This document shows, one piece after another, positions 20,082 through 27,467 of a stretch of 40,013 nt of DNA (position 1 is the stretch's first letter; every line of letters begins with the position of its first letter). Position numbers and translations under genes: made by a program. The DNA lies in NCBI GenBank assembly GCA_025360685.1, contig JANYBR010000356.1, positions 1 to 40,013 of the forward strand. Reading direction: 5' to 3'. The DNA is from Pseudomonadota bacterium (lineage in GTDB: Bacteria; Pseudomonadota; Alphaproteobacteria; Micropepsales; Micropepsaceae). The notes under the pieces were generated by a model. The model was not told the origin of the DNA and did not search any database. It saw only the letters and a list, made by a program, of their open reading frames with translations.

Positions 20082-20590
20082 CCGTCATGAAGCGCGGCCG
20101 CAAATCTCCCGACAAAAAGATCATTCCCGCGGCCGACTATCCGGCGCTGCTGCCGCCGGCACGCCGCGCCCAGGCGCTGCGGCTGCTGCGTAGCAACGAA
20201 ATGCTCGACAAGGCCAATCGCGTTATCCTCATGAAAAAGGCCGAGCTGCGCGGCGCGGTGATGGAGCATGTCGAGCGCATCGAAGCGGCGGCACGGGCCA
20301 AGGACTGGACGCTGGTCTTCGAAATGGCGCACGAGATTCGCGGCCTGGCGGCCACGGCCGGACTTGCGGCCACGGGCCAGATCGCCAACGGGCTCTGCCG
20401 CTATCTCGACACGCTGAACCTGCTCGCTGCCGCGCCCGACGTGACCGTTACTTCCCTGCATCTTGATGCCATCGTGCGCTCGGCGCGAACCGAGGACGAC
20501 GCAGCGCGCTATGGTGCCACCGTGGCCGATCAGCTGGAGTCGCTGGTGGAGCGCAAGCTTGGTGCAATTAAGGAAGCGGCAACGTCTTGA
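20078..20590 (+). CDS. Hpt-domain protein
   Basis: FEMAHEIRGLAATAG H-box in a helical bundle; ATGA overlap with the receiver gene. Confidence 0.75.
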   Translation: MTVMKRGRKSPDKKIIPAADYPALLPPARRAQALRLLRSNEMLDKANRVILMKKAELRGAVMEHVERIEAAARAKDWTLVFEMAHEIRGLAATAGLAATGQIANGLCRYLDTLNLLAAAPDVTVTSLHLDAIVRSARTEDDAARYGATVADQLESLVERKLGAIKEAATS

Positions 20591-20720
20591 TGAACATCCA
20601 CCGCGGTTTTCCGCGTGGACATCCCGGCGCACGGCGCCCGCGGGTGCGTTAACAGACCCCTATTCACGCCTCCTTAAGTGGCTTCCTTAATACTGAACGC
20701 CAGATTTACCCGGGCGGGAC

Positions 20721-21593
20721 ATGCTTCAAATCGGCGGCATCGTAATCCTTTTTGCCTGCGTTTTCGGCGGTTACCTGATGACGGGCGGCTCGCTGGGCGT
20801 GGTGTTGGAAGCGTTGCCGCATGAAATCCTGACCATCTTCGGCGCCGCGATGGCGGCCATGATCATCGGCGGATCGATGTATTCGCTGAAGAAGATCGCA
20901 GGCTCGCTCGGACAAGTGATCTCTGGCCCGAAATGGAAGCCGGGCGACTTTCGCGATCTTCTCTGCCTGTTGTACCTGCTCACCAAGACGATGAAGTCCA
21001 AGGGCCTCATCGCGCTGGAAGCGCATATCGAAAGACCCGCCGAATCCTCGATCTTCAAGCGCTATCCCCGGATCACCAAGGACCATTTCGCGCTCGACTT
21101 CATCTGCGACACGCTCCGGATGATGACCATGAGCCTGGAAGACCCGCACCAGGTCGAGACCGCGATGGAAAAGCAGCTCGAAAAGCACCATCACGAGGCG
21201 CTCGTCGGCGCCAATGCGCTGACCACCATGTCCGACGGCCTGCCCGCGCTCGGCATTGTTGCCGCCGTGCTCGGCGTGATCAAGACCATGGGCGCCATCA
21301 GCGAGCCACCCGAAGTGCTGGGCGGCATGATCGGCTCGGCGCTGGTCGGCACCTTCCTCGGTGTGTTCCTGGCCTACGGCATCGTCGGCCCGATGGGCGC
21401 GCGGCTGAAATCGATCGTCGACGAGGATGGGCAATTCTACCACGTCATCCGCGACATCCTGGTTGCGCATCTGCACGGCAATGCGGCGCAGGTCTCGGTC
21501 GAGATCGGCCGCGGCAGCGTGCCGAGCGAGGCGCAGCCTTCATTCGCGGAACTGGAAGAAGCCCTCAACACGATCCCGCCGGATCACGGTTAG
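20721..21593 (+). CDS. motA: Flagellar motor stator protein MotA
   Basis: GLIALEAHIE, DGLPALGIVAAVLGVIKTM, ALVGTFLGVFLAYG, VEIGR. Confidence 0.97.
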   Translation: MLQIGGIVILFACVFGGYLMTGGSLGVVLEALPHEILTIFGAAMAAMIIGGSMYSLKKIAGSLGQVISGPKWKPGDFRDLLCLLYLLTKTMKSKGLIALEAHIERPAESSIFKRYPRITKDHFALDFICDTLRMMTMSLEDPHQVETAMEKQLEKHHHEALVGANALTTMSDGLPALGIVAAVLGVIKTMGAISEPPEVLGGMIGSALVGTFLGVFLAYGIVGPMGARLKSIVDEDGQFYHVIRDILVAHLHGNAAQVSVEIGRGSVPSEAQPSFAELEEALNTIPPDHG

Positions 21594-21757
21594 GCCCGGC
21601 GTACCATCTGAAGTTGTTCGGACAGAGCGACGAAAAACGTCGCGAGCGCGCCGGCCATGATGCCCAGCGGCATGGCGTAGAACACATCCATGTCGGTTCC
21701 GAACACGATGATCGCGGTGACCATCACGCCGGTGAATTGCGCCACGTTCTTCGGCAT
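21590..21757 (-). CDS. Small 55-aa putative membrane protein (below ORF-track cutoff)
   Basis: Manual translation MPKNVAQFTGVMVTAIIVFGTDMDVFYAMPLGIMAGALATFFVALSEQLQMVRRA*; GC3-rich codons, two hydrophobic stretches; fills an otherwise empty gap. Confidence 0.7.
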   Translation of the reverse strand: MPKNVAQFTGVMVTAIIVFGTDMDVFYAMPLGIMAGALATFFVALSEQLQMVRRA

Positions 21758-21820
21758 TGCTCGTGCCCCATGAACCTGGCGCGAAGGCTAGAACCGGGAG
21801 CGGTCGCTGCAAAGAACGTG

Positions 21821-21837
21821 GTGAAAGAAGCGTTAAC
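21821..21837 (-). promoter_or_regulatory. CtrA-like binding site
   Basis: Minus strand TTAA-cgcttct-TTCAC, one mismatch to TTAA-N7-TTAAC, about 65 bp upstream of the small ORF. Confidence 0.55.
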
Positions 21838-21914
21838 GGCCGCGGCCCGGCCCAACTTTCAAGAGCAACGCACGTTGGCCCTGGCTCAGTGTTCTGAACA
21901 TTTATCTCTAGAAA

Positions 21915-21973
21915 GTCCAATACTTTTGACATGGAGTATAGTATATCATACATCATGTCGTGCAACATGGACA
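21915..21973 (+). promoter_or_regulatory. Putative XRE operator pair and -35 box
   Basis: GTC-N10-GAC at 21915-21930 and 21957-21972; TTGACA at 21926-21931. Confidence 0.55.
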
Positions 21974-21989
21974 TGAGTGAGGGTTTCAC

Positions 21990-22403
21990 ATGTCGTTCCG
22001 CGAAAAAGGTGCTTGGATATCGGTGGTCTCCATGGTGGGGATCTACGGCATCTATTTCTGGTCGGTCATTCACGCCGGGCCCCACTCCGGCGGCTTTCAC
22101 TTCGGCAGTCTGTTCGAGACGGTCGTGGCCCTTGTCGTGGTTCAGATTGTACTGACGGTTGCGGTCGCCATCGTCTCGCCCAGTGATGCGAAGACGCCGC
22201 GCGACGAGCGTGACAAGCTGATCGAGCTCAGAGCCATCCGCGTGGCGTATGCCGGGCTCGCAACGAGCGTCGCACTTGCCTGCTTTTTCGGCGCGTTCGA
22301 TCCGCCGATCGTGTTCAACACGAACGCGCTGCTGTTCATTCTGGTGACGACCGAGATTTTGCGTGCCGCCAGCCAGATCGTGCAATACCGGCGCGGCGCC
22401 TGA
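21990..22403 (+). CDS. Membrane protein of an XRE-linked operon (DUF2178-like)
   Basis: Four TM segments with central DERDKLIELRA motif; directly upstream of the XRE gene. Confidence 0.8.
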   Translation: MSFREKGAWISVVSMVGIYGIYFWSVIHAGPHSGGFHFGSLFETVVALVVVQIVLTVAVAIVSPSDAKTPRDERDKLIELRAIRVAYAGLATSVALACFFGAFDPPIVFNTNALLFILVTTEILRAASQIVQYRRGA

Positions 22404-22404
22404 C

Positions 22405-22614
22405 ATGGGCGTGATACGCAACGAAATCCGGCGGCTGCGCTTCGAACATGGCGAGATGACGCAACAGCAGCTGGCCGAAAAGATCGGCGTCACGCGACAG
22501 ACGGTGAACGCAATCGAGCAGGGAAAATACTCGCCGTCCCTGGAAGCCGCATTTCGCATCGCCGCGGTGTTCGGCGAGCCGCTCGAAAGCGTCTTTCACT
22601 ATTCGAAGGATTGA
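22405..22614 (+). CDS. XRE-family HTH transcriptional regulator
   Basis: NEIRRLR..MTQQQLAEKIGVTRQTVNAIEQGKYSPSLEAAFRIA. Confidence 0.93.
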   Translation: MGVIRNEIRRLRFEHGEMTQQQLAEKIGVTRQTVNAIEQGKYSPSLEAAFRIAAVFGEPLESVFHYSKD

Positions 22615-22636
22615 TGCGCCGGCTGCAGCTGTCCGG

Positions 22637-22885
22637 CTAGCCGCCAAGGTCCTTCTTTTTCTCCAGATATTCTTCGCGCTGGATTTCTCCGCGCGCGTAG
22701 CGCCCCTCGAGGACCGACAGCGCGTCCGAGCGGCCCGGACCGTGACCCCACCAATAGGGGTGGCCGTAGAAGTAGTACCGGCGGCGGAAAATCAGGCTGA
22801 AGATCAGAATGATCACGAACAGCGTGAACAGCCCGTGGAACGGCGCCCAGAAGAAGAACGGCCAAAGCAGGAATCCGTGCAGCAT
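22637..22885 (-). CDS. SHOCT-domain membrane protein
   Basis: N-terminal TM; C-terminal ALSVLEGRYARGEIQREEY; GGGAGG RBS. Confidence 0.85.
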   Translation of the reverse strand: MLHGFLLWPFFFWAPFHGLFTLFVIILIFSLIFRRRYYFYGHPYWWGHGPGRSDALSVLEGRYARGEIQREEYLEKKKDLGG

Positions 22886-22909
22886 GCTGCCTCCCGAGCT
22901 GGATGCTCA

Positions 22910-22939
22910 ATATATGGTGCGTCCCGTGGAGATTTCCAG
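22910..22939 (-). promoter_or_regulatory. Possible RpoH-type promoter of the SHOCT gene
   Basis: Minus strand CTGGAA-N16-CCATATAT resembles the alphaproteobacterial sigma32 consensus. Confidence 0.4.
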
Positions 22940-22965
22940 AGCGGCTTTGGACGAACTTCTCCTCT

Positions 22966-23093
22966 TGTCATAGCCCGCAACTGCGGGCCACCCAGGTGAC
23001 GACAGAGAGCGGTTTCGAAGGACTAGGCGACGCGAAATTCTTCGAGATCGAGAGTGGCAACAACTGGGTGGCCCGCAGTTGCGGGCCATGACA
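22966..23093. repeat. REPIN-like element, copy 2
   Basis: 30-bp arms 22966-22995 and 23064-23093, inverted with one mismatch; same arms as 18734. Confidence 0.88.
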
Positions 23094-23126
23094 CCGAGGG
23101 GATGGTTCGGTTCAAACCACTCCCTC

Positions 23127-24614
23127 CTAGACGTCAAACTCAATTCCCTGTGCCAGGGGCAGCGCGTCGGAATAGTTGATGGTGGCGGTCTGGCGCCGCA
23201 TATAGGCCTTCCAGCTGTCCGAGCCGCTTTCGCGCCCGCCGCCGGTTTCCTTTTCGCCGCCAAAGGCGCCGCCGATTTCCGCTCCACTGGGTCCGATATT
23301 CACATTGGCGATGCCGCAATCCGAGCCAGACGCCGCGATGAAGCGTTCGGCTTCCTGCATGTCCGTGGTGAAGATGCACGATGACAAGCCCTGTGGCACG
23401 GCATTGTGCCGGCTCATCGCGTCGGCAAAGTCGCGGTAGCGCATGACGTAGAGAATGGGCGCGAAGGTTTCGTGGCACACCGTCGCTGTCTGCTCGCTCA
23501 TCTCGACTATCGCGGGATGAACATAGAAGGCGTTGGGATATTGTTGCGTCAATGCGCGGCCACCGCCGCTGACGACGCCACCTTCGGACCTGGCCGCGGC
23601 CAGCGCTCGTTCCATGTTTTCGAAGGCCTGCTTGTCGATGAGCGGCCCGACCAGGGTGCCGCTTGCCGCCGGATCGCCGATCGCGAGCTTGCCGTATGCG
23701 GTTTTCAGAGCCGGCACGAGCTTGCCGTAGATCGAGTCATGCACGAACAACCGCCGCAACGACGTGCAGCGCTGGCCCGCCGTGCCGACCGCGGAGAACA
23801 GGATCGCGCGCAGAGCCAGTTCGAGCTTCGCCGAGGGCGTCACGATCATCGCGTTGTTGCCGCCGAGTTCGAGAATGGACTTGCCGAAGCGGGCCGCGAC
23901 CACGGGCGCGAGCTCGCGGCCCATGCGCGTCGAGCCCGTGGCGCTCACAACCGCAATTCGAACATCCTTCGCCAGCGCGTCGCCGGCTTCGCGCGCGCCG
24001 AGCACGATCTGGGAGAGATGCATCGGTGCATCGCCAAAGCGTTTCACGGCGCGCTCGAACAGCGCCTGCGACGCCAGTGCGGTGAGCGGCGTCTTCTCGG
24101 ACGGTTTCCAGAGCACGCTGTCGCCGCACACCAGCGCCAGTGCCGCGTTCCACGCCCACACCGCAACCGGAAAGTTGAACGCGGAAATGATCGCCACGGG
24201 ACCGGCCGGATGCCAAGTCTCCATCATGCGATGACCGGGCCGTTCGGACGCTATGGTCAGGCCGTAGAGCTGGCGCGACAGACCGACGGCAAAATCGCAG
24301 ATGTCGATCATCTCCTGCACTTCGCCCAGCCCCTCCTGGAGAATCTTCCCGGCCTCCAGGGTGACGAGGCGGCCGAGTGCAGCCTTGTTGGCGCGCAGCT
24401 CCTCGCCGAACAGGCGCACCAGCTCGCCGCGACGCGGCGCCGGCACGTCGCGCCAGATGCGAAAGGCTTGGGCGCTGCGCGCGATCTTTGTCTCGATGCT
24501 CTTTGCGTCGTCGAACGCAACGCGGCCGATTTCGCCGCCGTCGATGGGCGAGTGCACGAGGTGAGCGCCGGCGCTCGCCGTGATGCCGAACGATGAAAGG
24601 AGTTCAATTGTCAT
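23127..24614 (-). CDS. amaB: ALDH7-type aldehyde dehydrogenase (piperideine-6-carboxylate/aminoadipate-semialdehyde dehydrogenase)
   Basis: ISAFNFPVAVW, LELGGNNA, GTAGQRCT, GAEIGGAFGGEKETGGGRESGSDSWKAY; linked to lysine dehydrogenase-like gene. Confidence 0.88.
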   Translation of the reverse strand: MTIELLSSFGITASAGAHLVHSPIDGGEIGRVAFDDAKSIETKIARSAQAFRIWRDVPAPRRGELVRLFGEELRANKAALGRLVTLEAGKILQEGLGEVQEMIDICDFAVGLSRQLYGLTIASERPGHRMMETWHPAGPVAIISAFNFPVAVWAWNAALALVCGDSVLWKPSEKTPLTALASQALFERAVKRFGDAPMHLSQIVLGAREAGDALAKDVRIAVVSATGSTRMGRELAPVVAARFGKSILELGGNNAMIVTPSAKLELALRAILFSAVGTAGQRCTSLRRLFVHDSIYGKLVPALKTAYGKLAIGDPAASGTLVGPLIDKQAFENMERALAAARSEGGVVSGGGRALTQQYPNAFYVHPAIVEMSEQTATVCHETFAPILYVMRYRDFADAMSRHNAVPQGLSSCIFTTDMQEAERFIAASGSDCGIANVNIGPSGAEIGGAFGGEKETGGGRESGSDSWKAYMRRQTATINYSDALPLAQGIEFDV

Positions 24615-25548
24615 CGCCGCTGCCTCTCGAATTGTTCTGACCGTTCGTATTCTGCCGGCCGGTGTGATTGCAGGCCGCCAGGTGCTTCGCACACCAGCCA
24701 GCCGCCGGAACGTAACGGCGCAGCGCGCTCACGAATATGTCGGTGACGAAACCGATTGTGATCAGGGTGCGCAGGGGCGGCTCGAACCGCGCATCCGGAC
24801 CCTGGCTGCGCAAGCCGTCGAAGAAGCGAGCGCTCAGGCCGGCCTGGCGATAGATGTGCGTCGCCGCTTCGGATGCTGCGCCGAATCCGACGATCGTATC
24901 GGGCAGGAGGGCGCGTACCCTGCCCGCCGCCAGCAACAAGGTGCAGGCCGCGTCGCACTGCGTCAGCGCCACCACGAACAGCTTGCGGTCATGGACGATG
25001 CCGGCAAGGCGTAAAGCCTGGCCCATGTCGCCGCCGCCGCTTCCGGCAAGCGCCAGGCGTTTGACGGACTTGTCCTTGAGCAGCAGTTCCAACTCGCCCG
25101 CCGCAGCTGTCGTGAGCTCGCCGTGAAAGACCGCCGTGTTGCCGCGCAAGGTTACGTCATAGGCGGAACCGGGGCCGGCACCGGACGTCGACAGCATCGT
25201 ACTCGTCGCACGCAGGAACATCGCTGCGGTCAGCACCAGGATGACCGCGACCGTCGGCAGAGCCAGGCGCGCCGTCCAGCCCCAAACCGGCCGCGCAAAG
25301 TCGATCCGCCGGCCGGCGCTGCGCCATATCCCGACACCGCTCCACGCGGCGACCAACAGCAACGCGACAACCGGCGGCCCCAGGACGAGAATAGCGACCA
25401 GAAATCCGAAGGGTGGATGCGCCACCAGATAACCGCACGCGAATACGAGCCAGACGAAGAAGGGCAGCACGGCCAGCGCGCCGTTCATCCAGCAGGACTG
25501 GCCGAGCGGAAACTGGCCGCGCCAATGCTTCACGATGTACTCGGTCAT
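24604..25548 (-). CDS. Membrane protein with degenerate ClpP/crotonase-like (COG3904-type) domain
   Basis: Three N-terminal TMs (HWRG..GIWRSA), then ALAGSGGG..QCDAACTLLLAAG..R..IVGF. Confidence 0.65.
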   Translation of the reverse strand: MTEYIVKHWRGQFPLGQSCWMNGALAVLPFFVWLVFACGYLVAHPPFGFLVAILVLGPPVVALLLVAAWSGVGIWRSAGRRIDFARPVWGWTARLALPTVAVILVLTAAMFLRATSTMLSTSGAGPGSAYDVTLRGNTAVFHGELTTAAAGELELLLKDKSVKRLALAGSGGGDMGQALRLAGIVHDRKLFVVALTQCDAACTLLLAAGRVRALLPDTIVGFGAASEAATHIYRQAGLSARFFDGLRSQGPDARFEPPLRTLITIGFVTDIFVSALRRYVPAAGWCAKHLAACNHTGRQNTNGQNNSRGSGDDN

Positions 25549-25563
25549 TCCGGCGCGAATCCG

Positions 25564-26646
25564 CTAGCTGCGTTCCTGCCCATAGTAGCGGCCGAACCGG
25601 TTGGCGAGGAAGTCGCCGAGACTGGCCTGTTCCTGGCGCACGAAACCCTTCTGCGGCAGCTTGCCGTCCGCCAGCATGTTGCACATGGCGCAGATGCCGG
25701 CCGCCGTCGTCACCTGGATCGCACTCATCAGTCGTCCGCCGACGGTCTGGGCGTAGATCTTCTTGGCATAGCTTTCCTGCGTCAGGCGTCCTTCGCGCCA
25801 GCCCGAGACCGTGACGAAAATCAGCACCACGTCCTGATAGGTGATCGGGATCGCGGTCTCCAGCACGTCCTTGAGAATGTCGCGCCGCATGCCCAGGCGC
25901 AGATCGCGCACCAGCATCTTGACGATGTCGCGATGACCGGGATAGCGCACGGTCTTGTAGTTGAGATTTTCAACCTTGCCTTCGAGCGTGTCGCACAAGG
26001 TGCCAAGGCCGCCCGATGTGTTGAATGCTTCATACTCGGTGCCGTCGAGCGCGAATTCCTCAAGCTCTTCGAGCGCCGGCACCTCGCCGCGATGGCCGTC
26101 GCGGATGGACTCGCACGGATTGCAGTATTCGTTGATCAACCCGTCGGTCGACCAGGTGAGATTGTATTTGAGCGCATTGGTCGGAAACACGGGCAGCGCA
26201 CCTACGCGCATCTGCACTTCGCGCAACTTGTCGAATTTCTTGGCGAGATCGGCGGCGACGATGGAAATGAATCCCGGCGCCAGACCGCACTGCGGAATGA
26301 AAGCGGTGGGAGCATCCTTCGCCAGCTTGCGGATCAGGCGCGTGGACTCCACGTCTTCGGTCAGATCGAGATAGTGCGCGCCGGCGCGCTTGGCCGCCTC
26401 GGCCACGGTCGCGGTCAGATTGTAGGGCGTCGCGGACAGAACAATGTCATGACCTGCGACGAGCTTGGAGAAATTTCCGGCATCGCCGATCTCGACCTGA
26501 CGCAGCGAAACATTTTTGGCCGGCATGCGTGAGAGCGAGGCGGCATCGCGGTCCGCCACCGTGATGGAATAATCCCCACTGTTCGAAAGGAACTCCGTGA
26601 TGGCGACACCGATCTTGCCGCCGCCGACGAGCAGTACATTTTTCAT
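25564..26646 (-). CDS. Saccharopine dehydrogenase family protein, probable L-lysine 6-dehydrogenase
   Basis: LVGGGKIG, HYLDLTEDV, PQCGLAPG, YNLTWSTDGLINEY, YEAFNTSGG, YKTVRYPGH; ATG at 26646. Confidence 0.9.
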   Translation of the reverse strand: MKNVLLVGGGKIGVAITEFLSNSGDYSITVADRDAASLSRMPAKNVSLRQVEIGDAGNFSKLVAGHDIVLSATPYNLTATVAEAAKRAGAHYLDLTEDVESTRLIRKLAKDAPTAFIPQCGLAPGFISIVAADLAKKFDKLREVQMRVGALPVFPTNALKYNLTWSTDGLINEYCNPCESIRDGHRGEVPALEELEEFALDGTEYEAFNTSGGLGTLCDTLEGKVENLNYKTVRYPGHRDIVKMLVRDLRLGMRRDILKDVLETAIPITYQDVVLIFVTVSGWREGRLTQESYAKKIYAQTVGGRLMSAIQVTTAAGICAMCNMLADGKLPQKGFVRQEQASLGDFLANRFGRYYGQERS

Positions 26647-26735
26647 CGCTGTTCCTTCCAGATTTTCCAGCACAAACAATGGCTTTGCAGGATGGCGGGC
26701 GGGAGGCGGCAATGTGACGGAACTTGCATTCGCAC

Positions 26736-26766
26736 CCGGCGAATCGCAGGTTGTTCCGGCGAATCG
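26736..26766. promoter_or_regulatory. Direct repeat CCGGCGAATCG x2, 20-bp period, in the divergent promoter
   Basis: Exact copies at 26736-26746 and 26756-26766 between the dehydrogenase and Lrp genes. Confidence 0.55.
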
Positions 26767-26810
26767 AAGGGTTCCCCCCCGTTGTTACGGGGCAGGAAAA
26801 TGGAGCGTGC

Positions 26811-27245
26811 GTGACTGGGCTTCGCGACACCGACCTGAAACTGATCGCCCTGCTCCGCGCCAATGCGCGCGAGCCGACGGCGTCGCTGGCGCGCAAGCTC
26901 GGTCTCGCACGATCGACGGTGCAGGAGCGCATCGCGCGGCTGGAGCGGGAAGGCACGATCAAAGGCTACACAGTGCGGCTGTCCGATGCCTCGCAAGCCG
27001 GCAAGCTGCGCGCCGTGGTGATGATATCCACCGATCCCAAGCGCGCGGACCGCGTCGCCATGGAACTCAACAAGATGCCTGAGGTGCGCTCCTTGTCGGC
27101 GGTTGCCGGAACCTTCGACCTGATCGCCACTGTGGAGACCGAGACGCCGGCGCGGATCGATGCGCTGCTGGACCGGATCGGCCGCGCCAACGGCGTGGCG
27201 CGTACCGTCTCGTCGATCATTCTTTCGGAGAAATTTACGCGTTAG
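26811..27245 (+). CDS. Lrp/AsnC-family transcriptional regulator
   Basis: DLKLIALLRANAR..LARKLGLARSTVQERIARLEREGTIKGY; VAGTFDL; GTG start after GGAG. Confidence 0.93.
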   Translation: MTGLRDTDLKLIALLRANAREPTASLARKLGLARSTVQERIARLEREGTIKGYTVRLSDASQAGKLRAVVMISTDPKRADRVAMELNKMPEVRSLSAVAGTFDLIATVETETPARIDALLDRIGRANGVARTVSSIILSEKFTR

Positions 27246-27297
27246 ACGATATTCGAGTGACAGTTTTCGATTCTGCCCTCCGTACTTCGACAAGCGC

Positions 27298-27360
27298 ATC
27301 CTTCGACAGGCTCAGGATGAGGAACACTCCCGAGCCCTCATCCCGAGCCAGTCGAGGGAC
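27298..27360. repeat. Palindromic repeat (CCTTCGACAGGCTCAGGATGAGG family)
   Basis: ATCCTTCGACAGGCTCAGGATGAGG and imperfect inverse CCTCATCCCGAGCCAGTCGAGGGAC. Confidence 0.8.
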
Positions 27361-27467
27361 GAAGGACGAGGGCCTGCGGTGATTCGGGACAAACTCGTTG
27401 GCAAATCGTCTTTGTTTCGCCTGCTTTGGTACGTGTTATTCTTGGCCGCCGACTGGAATCCGCCTGC

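Noticed and set aside
20649-20690. Canonical CtrA site from three TTAA motifs upstream of motA
   Set aside because: TTAA-TTAA spacings are 21 and 9 bp, not 7; only a degenerate TTCA-N7-TTAA fits, so not listed as a feature.
4590-27360. CRISPR array or full IS element among the palindromic repeats
   Set aside because: Repeats are dispersed, not regularly spaced with spacers; no cas or transposase gene in the window.
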